Shown here piece by piece: positions 29,003 to 41,156 of a DNA stretch of 64,000 bases (within the stretch, counting starts at the first letter, position 1; each line of letters opens with the position of its first letter). Location of the stretch: positions 181,003 to 245,002 of the forward strand of contig CAWJKT010000008.1 of assembly GCA_963843375.1 (NCBI GenBank), given 5' to 3'. A model generated the notes under the pieces. The model had not been told where the DNA came from and made no database searches. It worked only from the letters and a program-made list of their open reading frames with translations. Made by a program: the position numbers and the translations under genes. The DNA is from an uncultured Pseudomonadota bacterium (GTDB lineage Bacteria > Oederibacteriota > Muellerivitia > Muellerivitales > Muellerivitaceae).

Positions 29003-29671
29003 TCAGGAATGTGTTAATTGTACCGTCGCGTCCAAAAGTTCCAATAATCTCTGTTTCACTTCATTCCATTGCGTCCCGCCATCGCCGCTTTGCTTGGACT
29101 GCTGCCAGACCATAACCAATTGGGTCAGGATCTTATCTCCTTCGGCGATTAAAGCCATCCGAATAGCCAAGTGGCGGTTTTCTTCTTCTTGTTCAAGTTC
29201 TTCCTTCAACCGTTGGGTAATCTGGTTTTGAGCCTCAAGGCTAACCTCCGCCGCCTGAAGCGTGGACCTAATCTCCCCTTCCAGCTTTTGCCGGATGGAA
29301 GCCTCAAGAACTTTAAACATCTCATTTTGATCCGAGGCCATGGTAATGGTGGCAACCGGCGCGGTCGCCGCCACTGGTGCAGCCGGGGGAGCAAATTCCT
29401 TCCATTCTTCTTCCGATGCCAGCTCGGTCTTGATGCCCTTACTATCCCTAAAGATCATGGGCATGAACTCAAGTATTTTATCATGATAAACTTTTAGTCC
29501 AACTTCCATTTCCTTCAAATCATCGACGTTTTGAGCGTAAACCACCAAGTTATATTTTGTTAGTTCTTTGACTCGGGCGGCTTTGAGATGGTCGTAGAGG
29601 CGCGGTTCCCGGACTTGGAGGAGCTTACAAAACGCTTCCCATTGATTTTGGACTTCAACTGCGGCGGCCAT
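29003..29671 (-). CDS. Hypothetical protein (DnaX C-terminal-like N-domain plus coiled coil)
   Basis: 222-aa ORF with SD GGGAG; W..F...L....P.LY..L..A pattern. Confidence 0.7.
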   Translation of the reverse strand: MAAAVEVQNQWEAFCKLLQVREPRLYDHLKAARVKELTKYNLVVYAQNVDDLKEMEVGLKVYHDKILEFMPMIFRDSKGIKTELASEEEWKEFAPPAAPVAATAPVATITMASDQNEMFKVLEASIRQKLEGEIRSTLQAAEVSLEAQNQITQRLKEELEQEEENRHLAIRMALIAEGDKILTQLVMVWQQSKQSGDGGTQWNEVKQRLLELLDATVQLTHS

Positions 29672-31236
29672 AGGGGCTCCCGTTGATTTTCTCTTAATTG
29701 CCGCAATAAACGCGGAAGATAGGGTAAAAGATCCCCCGCCAGTAATCCATCGGGGCCCAACCTCCGGCTGGCTTTTTCGCCCGCCAAACCGTGAAGGTAC
29801 ACCCCAGTCGTCGCTGCGTCAAAGGGCGAAAGACGCTGGGCCAAGAGACCACCGATGATTCCGGACAAAACATCCCCGGTGCCGCCGGTCGCCAGTCCAC
29901 GGTTCCCGGTGGGGTTGATTCGAACCTCTCCCTGAGGATTGGCAATAACAGTGAATCTACCTTTTAAAACAACGGTCACATTATAGCCTTGGGCTATATG
30001 CTTCGCAACTTTAACGCGGTTTTGTTCAACGTCGTTTATCGTCGTTTTCAACAGCCAGGCGGCTTCCCCCGGATGGGGCGTTAATATCGCGGGAGCTCTT
30101 AAAGCTTTAAAGATGTCCAATTGGGCTCCCAGCAGGTGGAGGGCGTCTGCGTCAACCACCATGGGAACGGTCAATTTGGTTAAAAGTTCCCTCAAGAGTT
30201 GGCCCGTCTCGCGGTGACGGCCGATTCCGGGGCCGATCACAATCGAATTCACGTTGGTCGTAAGATGGAGTATCCTTCCGGTGGCTTTCAAGGAAAGAAA
30301 ACCTCCCTCCACCTCTGGAACCGGAGCGGTCATGGGCTCGGTGAGTTTTACAGCCATAATCGGAATTAAGCTTTCCGGACAAGCCACGGTCACCAATCCC
30401 GCGCCGATTCTCTGAGCGCCATAGGCGCTCAAAGCCGCCGCACCTGTCAAGCCTGTGGCGCCAGCCACAATCACGACCCGTCCACGAGTTCCCTTATGGG
30501 TATTCTCGTCATACTTCGGTAGCGACTTTTGCACCGTGGAAAGATCTGTGATTTCATGTTTCAAGAAGGAATTGCTCAGGAGAACTTCCGGAAAGCCGAT
30601 GTTGTCCACCAAAACTCGACCCGTATAGGTGGCGCCGATGGGAGTATAAAACCCCAGCTTGGCCAGGCCGAAAGTGACTGTCAATTGAGCGGGCAAGACT
30701 TCTCCTATAGGTGTACCGGAGTTGGCGGAAAGCCCTGAAGGGATATCCACAGCCACGATGGGTTTTCCCATCGTTTTCACCGTTTGTACCAATTCCCGGC
30801 AGACTCCATCCATCGGCCGGGAAAGACCCGTGCCAAATAAAGCGTCCAATAAGAGATCGCATTCTTCCAATGCCAAGCGAACGGGTTTCAAACCATCGGA
30901 ATTCGTTAAAGAAATGAGGGGGACTTTGGCCGCCTTGGCTTTTTGATATTGTTTAAGGGGTTCACCCGAGAGGTTCTCCGCCTCGCACAAAAGTATTACC
31001 ACCACACTGGCTTTTTTTTGCTTCAAGAGACGGGCAGCGACAAGCCCATCTCCTCCGTTATTTCCTTTTCCGCAAAGGACTCCAATGGTTTTATCCTCCA
31101 AATCGCCCCAAGTTTCTTCCAGGACCTTTACCACGGCGCTTCCGGCTTTTTCCATGAGGCCGGAAATGGTTTGACCTTGTTCCCTAACCGCCAATTCATC
31201 GATTTTTCGCATGTCTTCCGCCGTGGCTAATTTCAT
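29560..31236 (-). CDS. nnr: Bifunctional NAD(P)H-hydrate epimerase/dehydratase
   Basis: LMEKAG, GKGNNGGDG, DALFGTG, DIPSG, HKG, GPGIG, DADAL, TPHPGE, LATGGTGDVLSG; 112-nt overlap with next gene suggests the stop may be affected by an indel. Confidence 0.95.
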   Translation of the reverse strand: MKLATAEDMRKIDELAVREQGQTISGLMEKAGSAVVKVLEETWGDLEDKTIGVLCGKGNNGGDGLVAARLLKQKKASVVVILLCEAENLSGEPLKQYQKAKAAKVPLISLTNSDGLKPVRLALEECDLLLDALFGTGLSRPMDGVCRELVQTVKTMGKPIVAVDIPSGLSANSGTPIGEVLPAQLTVTFGLAKLGFYTPIGATYTGRVLVDNIGFPEVLLSNSFLKHEITDLSTVQKSLPKYDENTHKGTRGRVVIVAGATGLTGAAALSAYGAQRIGAGLVTVACPESLIPIMAVKLTEPMTAPVPEVEGGFLSLKATGRILHLTTNVNSIVIGPGIGRHRETGQLLRELLTKLTVPMVVDADALHLLGAQLDIFKALRAPAILTPHPGEAAWLLKTTINDVEQNRVKVAKHIAQGYNVTVVLKGRFTVIANPQGEVRINPTGNRGLATGGTGDVLSGIIGGLLAQRLSPFDAATTGVYLHGLAGEKASRRLGPDGLLAGDLLPYLPRLLRQLRENQREPLWPPQLKSKINGKRFVSSSKSGNRASTTISKPPESKN

Positions 31237-32756
31237 TTCGGGTTTCCTTTCCCCATTTTCGGAATGAGATAAACCCGACTTCTGAAAAATTGGGCCACAA
31301 ACCGGTAAGCGGCCGAAGCGGTGCGGTTTTGAAGACTAGGGTCCTCCATGACATCGGTTAAAAGAGGGACGACCAAACTTTGATCCTCATGAAGAGCCTC
31401 GGCCCCATAGTCTTCCACTAAATGATGATCCACATTATTAAGACGGGGAATATAAAAACTATGCAGGACGACATAGTCGCCAGGCTTGGGTTTGAATTGG
31501 GTGTTTTCCACTAGATAAGGCATCAAGATCACTTTCCGCCCTGACCAATATTGGGTTTTGGGAACCTCATCCGAATATATGACCGCGTCCGAAGGAAGCG
31601 TTTTGAGGAATTCCGAAGAACGTTTAATATCCCCAAATGAGTCATTTTGGCTGATAAGAACGGCCGCCGAATAAAGGAACAGCCAAGAAAGACAGAGCGT
31701 TAAGAGCCCATTCTTCATGAACATCACCCGCACCACCCCGGAGCTTTTATCCAGGCTTTCAAAAAAGGTTTCCAGGTGAAATCCGGCGGCCAAAAGCAGT
31801 AAAGGCAAAAACGGCATCATATGCCGGTCCTGGTAAGTGGCGGGAATAAGGCGGGAAATAAAAACCAGGACGTAGATTTGAAGGATAACTTTTTTAAAAG
31901 CTTCCCCCTCCAGTCCTGGACGCCTCACCATCTTGGCCAAGCCAAGAATCGCGAACCAAAAAACCAGAGGCGTGAAGACATACAAAGGCTGCGACAGGTA
32001 AGCGTAAAAATGGTCGATAAAATTCATGAAAGGGAACATTATCCGACCCGGCCCCTCGGTAAGCCCCATCCCTTCCCGATAAGCCAAAAGAAGGAGCATC
32101 AGTTTTTGACTTAAAAAATAAACAGGCGCGGACCAAATCAATATCAAACCCACACCTCTTTTCCAAAGGCCGTCTTTGGAAAGCCCGATTCCCAAAACCA
32201 AAATCCAGGGAAGCAAAAGAATTCCCTCGGGGCGGGTTAAGACAGCAACCGCTCCAGCGATGCAGGCTCCCCACCAGGCTTCCTGGCTTTTATGGACATA
32301 AACCACGGTGAGTCTTTCCAAACACCACCAAAAGGCCGCCAAAAAAAGAGTGTCCGGCATGACCTTCAAGGACCATTGCCAAAGCAAGGGTGAGAATAAG
32401 GCCATTGAACAAATGATCCCCGCCATTTCCATCGGCACCCAACGTCGGGCCAATTTCCACAAAGGGATTAAAAAGAAAAGTCCTGCCAAAGAAGAAAGAA
32501 TTCGTCCCCAAAGCCAGCCGGCAAAGCCCAATTGCTCTCCCACCCATAAAAGGGCGGGATATCCCGGCATGATGACAAAGCGGGGAGTTTGAACCAAATC
32601 GGGTGAAAAATAAGTCAAGCTTAACACCCCGTCGGTGGTTTCAGCCGAGGCCAGTTTAAGCATTGGAACGCGAACCAGTAACCCGATGAAAACCAGGAAC
32701 CAGAACCATTGGGTTTCGGTCAATTGTCGGGGCCTTAATGATCTGGTTTCGGTCAT
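31233..32756 (-). CDS. GT-C fold membrane glycosyltransferase (GT39/ArnT-like)
   Basis: Polytopic membrane protein; acidic first-loop motif ETTDG; PGYP, GR..S, SP, PD, TRPEG, DRH..PFLP. Confidence 0.8.
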   Translation of the reverse strand: MTETRSLRPRQLTETQWFWFLVFIGLLVRVPMLKLASAETTDGVLSLTYFSPDLVQTPRFVIMPGYPALLWVGEQLGFAGWLWGRILSSLAGLFFLIPLWKLARRWVPMEMAGIICSMALFSPLLWQWSLKVMPDTLFLAAFWWCLERLTVVYVHKSQEAWWGACIAGAVAVLTRPEGILLLPWILVLGIGLSKDGLWKRGVGLILIWSAPVYFLSQKLMLLLLAYREGMGLTEGPGRIMFPFMNFIDHFYAYLSQPLYVFTPLVFWFAILGLAKMVRRPGLEGEAFKKVILQIYVLVFISRLIPATYQDRHMMPFLPLLLLAAGFHLETFFESLDKSSGVVRVMFMKNGLLTLCLSWLFLYSAAVLISQNDSFGDIKRSSEFLKTLPSDAVIYSDEVPKTQYWSGRKVILMPYLVENTQFKPKPGDYVVLHSFYIPRLNNVDHHLVEDYGAEALHEDQSLVVPLLTDVMEDPSLQNRTASAAYRFVAQFFRSRVYLIPKMGKGNPK

Positions 32757-33151
32757 TTTTTCTTTCTGATTTGAGAGGATTCAAAAATCACAGTGGCGGT
32801 TGCGTCCCGTTTGCTGTGGGCGATGGTCAAATGCATTCGGTCGATTTTTCGCTGGGATCTTAACTTTTCCATGATGCCTGTCAATTTCAGCGTAGGCTTA
32901 CCGGAAATTTCTCGAACCACTTCTATTTGTGTCCACTTCCATCGTCCCCCGAAACCATGACTGAAAGCTTTAATGACCGCTTCTTTCGCGGCGAAACGTC
33001 CGGCCAAGGAGGGATAAGGATCACTTTTACGGAGGCAATACTCGGATTCGCCACGAGTGAAAAGGCGCTCAATGAAGCGCTGGCCATGTTTCAAATGGGC
33101 CTGTTTCACCCGCTCAATTTCAATTAAATCCACACCCAATCCCACAATCAT
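32753..33151 (-). CDS. acpS: Holo-[acyl-carrier-protein] synthase
   Basis: GLGVDLIEIER, LAGRFAAKEA, SGKP, LTIAH. Confidence 0.96.
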   Translation of the reverse strand: MIVGLGVDLIEIERVKQAHLKHGQRFIERLFTRGESEYCLRKSDPYPSLAGRFAAKEAVIKAFSHGFGGRWKWTQIEVVREISGKPTLKLTGIMEKLRSQRKIDRMHLTIAHSKRDATATVIFESSQIRKKK

Positions 33152-33218
33152 GTTGCATACCCTTTTACGACAAGAACAATGACCCCATTTTATCTTTACG
33201 AAGGATTCAAATCCAAGG

Positions 33219-33557
33219 TTACATTTGGGAAGAAGGGTATTTCACCCATATCTTACCGTTTTCGATCTTAACCTCATATACGGCAATTCGGTCATCCGAA
33301 ATGCCTTTGGTGGCTTTTCCGGTGGCCAAGTCGAAAGTCCATTGGTGTAGGGGGCAGACGACGCAGTTGCCGTACAGGGTTCCCCTGCCCAAATAGCCCC
33401 CCACATGGGGGCAATCATTATCAATGGCGTAGACTTTTCCGTACCTTTTGACGACTGCGATTCGATGGCCTTTGATATTCACGATCTCCATGCTGTTGTC
33501 GGCCAGGGTGGTTTCAGTGAGCACTTCATGAAAAGAAGAAGGAATATCGGAATTCAC
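33219..33557 (-). CDS. Rieske [2Fe-2S] ferredoxin
   Basis: CPH...CPLH ligands, FDL.TG. Confidence 0.92.
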   Translation of the reverse strand: MNSDIPSSFHEVLTETTLADNSMEIVNIKGHRIAVVKRYGKVYAIDNDCPHVGGYLGRGTLYGNCVVCPLHQWTFDLATGKATKGISDDRIAVYEVKIENGKIWVKYPSSQM

Positions 33558-33580
33558 ATGCGGCTCCAGGAAGAGCAGTC

Positions 33581-33997
33581 TTATTTTTTGAGGGCTTGAG
33601 CTTCTTCGACAACCTTCAAACGAGCTTCGGCGCGGGCGAGGGCAAGCCGGGCGGCATTGAGATCCGTGCCTTCTTTTTTAGCTGTCAACAAGTCTTCGGC
33701 TAATTTCTTATTTTTGCGGGTTTCTTCCACGTCAATCATGTCAGCTTTCACATATTCCTCCGCTAATACAATTACCGAAGAAGCGTTTACTTCCACGAAG
33801 CCCCCAGCCACGAAATAAAGCTCCCTTTCCTGGCCTTTGATAATACGTAGAGTTCCTGGTTTGAGCGCGGACAAAAGGGACATATGGCCGGCCATAACCC
33901 CGAACTCCCCAACTTCTCCGGGAAGAACCGCCAGACTCACTTCCTCCGTGATCGCGGGCGCATCGGGGGCAACGACTTGAAATTTGAATGTCTTCAT
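33581..33997 (-). CDS. atpC: ATP synthase F1 epsilon
   Basis: PG..GEFGV..GH, VAGGFVEV, ALARAEARL. Confidence 0.96.
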   Translation of the reverse strand: MKTFKFQVVAPDAPAITEEVSLAVLPGEVGEFGVMAGHMSLLSALKPGTLRIIKGQERELYFVAGGFVEVNASSVIVLAEEYVKADMIDVEETRKNKKLAEDLLTAKKEGTDLNAARLALARAEARLKVVEEAQALKK

Positions 33998-34017
33998 AAA
34001 ACCTCGTAAGAACCGGA

Positions 34018-36339
<2,322 letters not shown>

Positions 36340-36393
36340 GGATTACCTTATTCCAGTCCCAGCTCTTCGCGCTGGCTTCGGGCGAGCCGCTTC

Positions 36394-37905
36394 TTAGTAA
36401 TAACTTTTTGCGTATTCGGTGATGGCCGCCGACAACTTCGCCTTGGTTTCCTCCGTCAAGTCGCCCTTTTCTTTAATGTCCTTTAAGATGTCCGGGTTCT
36501 TGGCTTTCAAGTGGGACAAGAGACCCGTTTCAAAAGCTTTCACTTTATCCACCGGCAAGGGATCCAGGAAACCATTGTTTCCAGCGAAAATAGAAGCCAC
36601 TTGGTCTTCCATTTCCATAGGCGCGTATTGGGGCTGTTTCAACAGTTCCACCAAGCGAGCTCCCCGGTTTAATTGGGCCATGGAGGCTTTGTCCAACTCG
36701 GCTCCAAATTGGGCAAAAGCGGCCAGTTCGTTATATTGGGCCATGTCTAATTTCAATTTCCCGGCAACCTTTTTAGTGGCCTTGGTTTGGGCATTGCCGC
36801 CGACGCGGGAAACGGAGATACCTACGTTGATAGCCGGACGGATGCCCGAATTGAAAAGGTTGGATTCAAGAAAGATTTGCCCATCGGTGATGGAAATAAC
36901 GTTAGTGGGGATATAAGCCGTCACGTCTCCGGCCTGAGTTTCGATGATGGGAAGGGCCGTGAGCGATCCTCCTCCCAGCTTGTCGTTTAGTTTGCAAGCC
37001 CTTTCCAACAAACGGGAATGAAGGTAAAACACGTCGCCCGGATAAGCCTCGCGGCCCGGCGGGCGGCGGAGCAAAAGGGACAACTCACGATAGGCGACGG
37101 CCTGCTTGGACAAATCGTCATAAACGATCAAGGCATGACCACCGTTATAAGTGAATTCCTCTGCCACGGCGCATCCAGCGTAAGGGGCGATGTATTGGAG
37201 GGGAGCGGGGTCGGAAGCGGTGGCGGAAACAATGATGCAATAATTCAAAGCATCATGTTCTTCCAAGGTGCGGATGATTTGTGCCACGGTGGATTGCTTT
37301 TGTCCGATGGCCACGTAGACACATATCACATTCTTTCCCTTGAGATTCAAAATCGCATCGATGGCTACCGCGGTTTTCCCCGTCTGCCTATCGCCGATGA
37401 TCAATTCCCTCTGTCCCCGGCCAATGGGGATCATACAATCGATGGCCTTGATGCCCGTGTGAAGGGGCTGCTTGACCGGTTGACGCTCGATAACGCCTGG
37501 CGCACGGATTTCAAGACGGCGGGTATGGGAGGCCTTCAAGGGGCCTTTGCCGTCCAAAGGCTGCCCCAGCGGATTGACCACCCGGCCCAAAAGTTCCTTT
37601 CCGGTTGGAATCTCCGCGATACGCCCCGTCAAATGAACCGGATCGCCCTCTTTGACTTTCGTTGTGTCTCCCATCAAAACCGCTCCGACCGAATCGGTTT
37701 CCAGGTTGAAGGCGATGCCGTAAACCTCGTTAGGGAATTTGAGCAATTCTCCGGCCATGGCGTTTTTGAGTCCGTAAATGACCGCCACTCCATCGCCCAC
37801 TTTGAGAACCTCGCCCAATTGGGCCAGTTCCGCCTCGGGCTTAAATTCTTCGATTCGGGATTTTAGGATCTTGGTTACTTCATCCGCTTGAAGGGCCACT
37901 TCCAT
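36394..37905 (-). CDS. atpA: ATP synthase F1 alpha
   Basis: [31 protein letters not shown]. Confidence 0.98.
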   Translation of the reverse strand: MEVALQADEVTKILKSRIEEFKPEAELAQLGEVLKVGDGVAVIYGLKNAMAGELLKFPNEVYGIAFNLETDSVGAVLMGDTTKVKEGDPVHLTGRIAEIPTGKELLGRVVNPLGQPLDGKGPLKASHTRRLEIRAPGVIERQPVKQPLHTGIKAIDCMIPIGRGQRELIIGDRQTGKTAVAIDAILNLKGKNVICVYVAIGQKQSTVAQIIRTLEEHDALNYCIIVSATASDPAPLQYIAPYAGCAVAEEFTYNGGHALIVYDDLSKQAVAYRELSLLLRRPPGREAYPGDVFYLHSRLLERACKLNDKLGGGSLTALPIIETQAGDVTAYIPTNVISITDGQIFLESNLFNSGIRPAINVGISVSRVGGNAQTKATKKVAGKLKLDMAQYNELAAFAQFGAELDKASMAQLNRGARLVELLKQPQYAPMEMEDQVASIFAGNNGFLDPLPVDKVKAFETGLLSHLKAKNPDILKDIKEKGDLTEETKAKLSAAITEYAKSYY

Positions 37906-37914
37906 CCTCCGGTT

Positions 37915-38460
37915 TTATTCTATTTCCACTTTCAACAAACGTTGTTTCATGCGTTCCAACTGGCCCAAGACGCTTCCATCCATGCGCTGGTCGCCCAAGT
38001 AAATCATCATTCCGCCGATTAAGTCCGGCTTCACTTCTTCTTTTAACTCCACTACTACCCCGAACATTTGGGACAATTTTTCGGTCAATGTCCTTTTTTG
38101 GTCGGCAACTAATGGCAGCGCTGTCAAAACTCGGGCGATGGCTTTGCCCTTCATTTGATAAAGAAGACGCTCGTAATGGTCCGCCACGGCTTTCAGATGC
38201 TTGATGCGTTTTTTCATGATCAGGAGCATGAGAAAATTTTCCATTGTGGCGGAAAGCTTTTCGCCCAAAAAACCCCTGAGCGCCTCCAACTTCTCCCCTG
38301 TTTTAATCCGGGGATGCTCCAAGGTTTTTTTGAGCTCGGGGTTTTGCTCTACCAGTTTTTGGATCAATTGGATTTCAGCGCCGATGGCATCCACCGTTTT
38401 TTGTTCCTGTGCCACCTGCAAGAGCGCCACCGCATACTTTTCAGCTATAACTGTTTCCAT
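37915..38460 (-). CDS. atpH: ATP synthase F1 delta
   Basis: A.KYA.AL, LIGG...GD...DGSV; SD GAGGGG before ATG 38460. Confidence 0.95.
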   Translation of the reverse strand: METVIAEKYAVALLQVAQEQKTVDAIGAEIQLIQKLVEQNPELKKTLEHPRIKTGEKLEALRGFLGEKLSATMENFLMLLIMKKRIKHLKAVADHYERLLYQMKGKAIARVLTALPLVADQKRTLTEKLSQMFGVVVELKEEVKPDLIGGMMIYLGDQRMDGSVLGQLERMKQRLLKVEIE

Positions 38461-38493
38461 ATTCCCCCTCACAACGGCTTAAGATTGAATCGC

Positions 38494-38982
38494 CTAGTTC
38501 TTTCGGCCGCTCAATTCCTTGACGCTTTCCTGGACCAGTCTTTCCTGTGCTTTTGCGTCCACAGAGGACCGGAGTATTTTTTCGGCGATCGCGACCGCCA
38601 TATTCCCCACTTCTTTTTGAAGGGATTGGGTCACCGCCAAGCGCTCGCTTTCGATGGCCTTCCGGGCTTCAGCCAGGATCAATTCGGCTTCTTTGCGAGC
38701 GACTTGGATGACTTCATCCCGGGAATGGGCCGCGTCTTGACGGGATCTTTGCAAAATATCGGCGATATTTTGCTCCAATTCTTTTACTTTTTTTTCAAAA
38801 TCCGCCTTTAGGACCTCCGCTTCCTTTTGACGCTTTTCTGCGGTGGTCAATTGGTCTTCAATCCTTTTTTGTCGGCTATCCATCCAACCCTTCAATTGCG
38901 GAAGGAAGATTTTGGAAGACAGCCACATTCCCACGAGGAAAGTCGCCAACTGCAAGAGAAATACATTCAGGTTAAATTCCAT
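38494..38982 (-). CDS. atpF: ATP synthase F0 subunit b
   Basis: N-terminal TM, R...I, coiled coil, AEKIL; operon position. Confidence 0.93.
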   Translation of the reverse strand: MEFNLNVFLLQLATFLVGMWLSSKIFLPQLKGWMDSRQKRIEDQLTTAEKRQKEAEVLKADFEKKVKELEQNIADILQRSRQDAAHSRDEVIQVARKEAELILAEARKAIESERLAVTQSLQKEVGNMAVAIAEKILRSSVDAKAQERLVQESVKELSGRKN

Positions 38983-39052
38983 GACTTATCTTTTCCTCAA
39001 GTTCAAATATACCGGGGATTTTAAGCTCCAGGCAAAATGGCAGTAAAATTCT

Positions 39053-39406
39053 TCAGTTAATGAACAGATCCTTAAAGGGATTCGCATAAATCAAAATCAT
39101 GGCCACGGCCAAGGCATAGATACAAAGGGATTCGATAAATGCCAAGCCGATGAACATGTTGGTCTGGATGGTATTCACCATCTCCGGCTGGCGGGCCATG
39201 GCTTCCAGGGCTTTGCCGACTGCCGTTCCTTGCCCAATTCCTGCACCAATAGCTCCTAATCCGATTGCCAATCCGGCTCCCAAGACGGTCATACCGAAAA
39301 ACCAAACGCTTCCATCGGCGGCTTTTCCTGCTTGTCCCGCCCAAACCGCACCATTTATCGTCAGGAAAACAACCGTCAAGGCCAACAACGTCAAAAACTT
39401 TCTCAT
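39053..39406 (-). CDS. atpE: ATP synthase F0 subunit c with N-terminal signal-like extension
   Basis: GAGIGQG, ARQPE, IESLCIY, YANPF. Confidence 0.96.
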   Translation of the reverse strand: MRKFLTLLALTVVFLTINGAVWAGQAGKAADGSVWFFGMTVLGAGLAIGLGAIGAGIGQGTAVGKALEAMARQPEMVNTIQTNMFIGLAFIESLCIYALAVAMILIYANPFKDLFIN

Positions 39407-39495
39407 CTTCGTCTCCTTAAAATGGTTTCACGAATCCCCAAAGGCAAGCGGGGGCAAGCCTAGGAGGAATTCCGCTTGCGCGGAAACGTCGTCTG

Positions 39496-40323
39496 TCAAT
39501 CGTTGGCGAGAATACCCTCTTGGTTCGCTTCACCATGTTCCTCGTGTTCCTGTATAGCTGACCCAATGTAAACCATTGAAAGAAACATAAAAACAAAACC
39601 CTGCATAAACGAAACAAAAACCCCCAAAACAATGATCAAAAACCGCAAAATAAATGGAAACACCACAAAGGCCTTGGACATCGGAGTGAGGTTCCACAAG
39701 ATCATGACGAGAAGAATGGAAACCCCAAGGATTTTTTCCTTTCCCATCATGTTTCCAAACAACCGCAAGGTAAGAGAAACCGGTTTAACGAGTTCCCCCA
39801 CTAAGTGGATAGCCGGCATCATGATCAGGAGTCCCAGTGAAATGACGCGAACCATGATTTTGAGCCAAAGTGGGGAATGAGGATCCACCGAAATAGGGGG
39901 GGGGAGATAATGGGATAGGTATTTCCCCAATCCTTTTTCTTTTATTCCAAAATAATGGGTGGAAAGAAAAACAATCAGAGCCATGCCTACATTAACGTCC
40001 ACCCGGCTCGTCGGCGACATTGAACCCGGGATAAGTCCCATTAAATTCGAAAAAAAGATGAAAAGAAAAAGATAAAAAAAGAGGGGAAAAAAGAAAGGTG
40101 CGTGCTTGCCTACCTGCGGTTCGGCCATGCTTTGGACAAAATCCACCACCATCTCAAAAAAATTCTGAAGACCCACCGGCACCAATTTCATGTTACGACA
40201 GGCCAACCCCAGCAGAATAATTAAAAGAAGCGAAACAAACCAGGAAACCGTCAAAGCGTTGATGGCGTTATCCAACCCCAGGAAATGAAATGGAATAAAA
40301 ATAGGGCTTTCGGCTGACTCCAT
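39496..40323 (-). CDS. atpB: ATP synthase F0 subunit a
   Basis: QNFFE, NLMGLIP, SLTLRLFGN, MQGFVF. Confidence 0.96.
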   Translation of the reverse strand: MESAESPIFIPFHFLGLDNAINALTVSWFVSLLLIILLGLACRNMKLVPVGLQNFFEMVVDFVQSMAEPQVGKHAPFFFPLFFYLFLFIFFSNLMGLIPGSMSPTSRVDVNVGMALIVFLSTHYFGIKEKGLGKYLSHYLPPPISVDPHSPLWLKIMVRVISLGLLIMMPAIHLVGELVKPVSLTLRLFGNMMGKEKILGVSILLVMILWNLTPMSKAFVVFPFILRFLIIVLGVFVSFMQGFVFMFLSMVYIGSAIQEHEEHGEANQEGILAND

Positions 40324-40430
40324 AACAGAAACCTTTCGTTGGTCATTCGACTTCTTTGTGGGATGAGGGATAGGTGTTCGAAAGATGCTTTAACGAAAAA
40401 ACTTTATAAAAAGCTTCCCAAAGCGGGGGT

Positions 40431-40459
40431 AGTCTAATGATTTCCCCAAGAATGGTCAA
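40431..40459 (-). promoter_or_regulatory. Sigma70-type promoter upstream of atpB
   Basis: TTGACC-N17-TAGACT. Confidence 0.65.
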
Positions 40460-40485
40460 CCCTCGTCAAAACAAAAAATATTTTT

Positions 40486-40920
40486 TCATACCGGTTTTAC
40501 AAAGTTTTTAGAGGAGAAAGCGAATCGCCATTGGGCCAAACCCAAAACCAACAAAAACCAAAGATAACTTCCAACCGCCGCAAGGAGGCAAGCAGGGGAA
40601 ACGAGTAAAAGAACTCGACAAGCGGCCACCAAAGTCAGCCAACGAATAATGTTCCAAAACCAAAATAACTTCCGGCCTTTTTCCCCCAACTTTAGGACTT
40701 TTCCTGTCAACGATTGCAAGGCATAAAGATTGAGGGTGGAAAGAAGGCTTCCAAGAAAGATACCTATAGCAAGTTCCTGCTTTTGAAGAAAAAAAAACAC
40801 AAGGGAACCGGCCACCCCTCCAAAAAGGTTAACCACCACGACAAATCCCATCCAATTGATCATTGGATGAGAATGCCGATTAGGTTTTATTTTAGATCGG
40901 TTCAAGTTTGGTGAAGTCAT
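40486..40920 (-). CDS. atpI: ATP synthase subunit I
   Basis: Four TM helices with G..LS.LN and IIR; directly upstream of atpB. Confidence 0.75.
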   Translation of the reverse strand: MTSPNLNRSKIKPNRHSHPMINWMGFVVVVNLFGGVAGSLVFFFLQKQELAIGIFLGSLLSTLNLYALQSLTGKVLKLGEKGRKLFWFWNIIRWLTLVAACRVLLLVSPACLLAAVGSYLWFLLVLGLAQWRFAFSSKNFVKPV

Positions 40921-41156
40921 CGGGAGGGGGGGGGTCTTGAAGTGCCCCCCAGTGCTTTTAGGTCCTCAAATAAAAGAAAATAACTTGTCAAAACCCCGAA
41001 TAAAAAACCTACCATCATAATCCAATCGCCCAGGTGAAAAAATCTTTTTAACAACCAGCCAAGTCCCATACCAGCGAAAGTACACAAGACAAAATTTATT
41101 CCAAGGGTGGAGAGTCGTAAGAGATTGGCGCCGGTGGATAGTTTTCCCTTGTCCAT
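40917..41156 (-). CDS. atpZ: AtpZ/AtpI-family small membrane protein
   Basis: LG..FV....G..LG.....F pattern; two TM helices; start of atp cluster. Confidence 0.75.
   Translation of the reverse strand: MDKGKLSTGANLLRLSTLGINFVLCTFAGMGLGWLLKRFFHLGDWIMMVGFLFGVLTSYFLLFEDLKALGGTSRPPPSR

Noticed and set aside
29560-29671. 112-nt overlap of nnr with the next gene as a functional overprint
   Set aside because: Extension lies beyond the conserved domain and is plausibly an indel artefact
39444-39479. GCAAGCGG/CCGCTTGC hairpin between atpB and atpE
   Set aside because: Ordinary intercistronic stabilising structure in an atp operon
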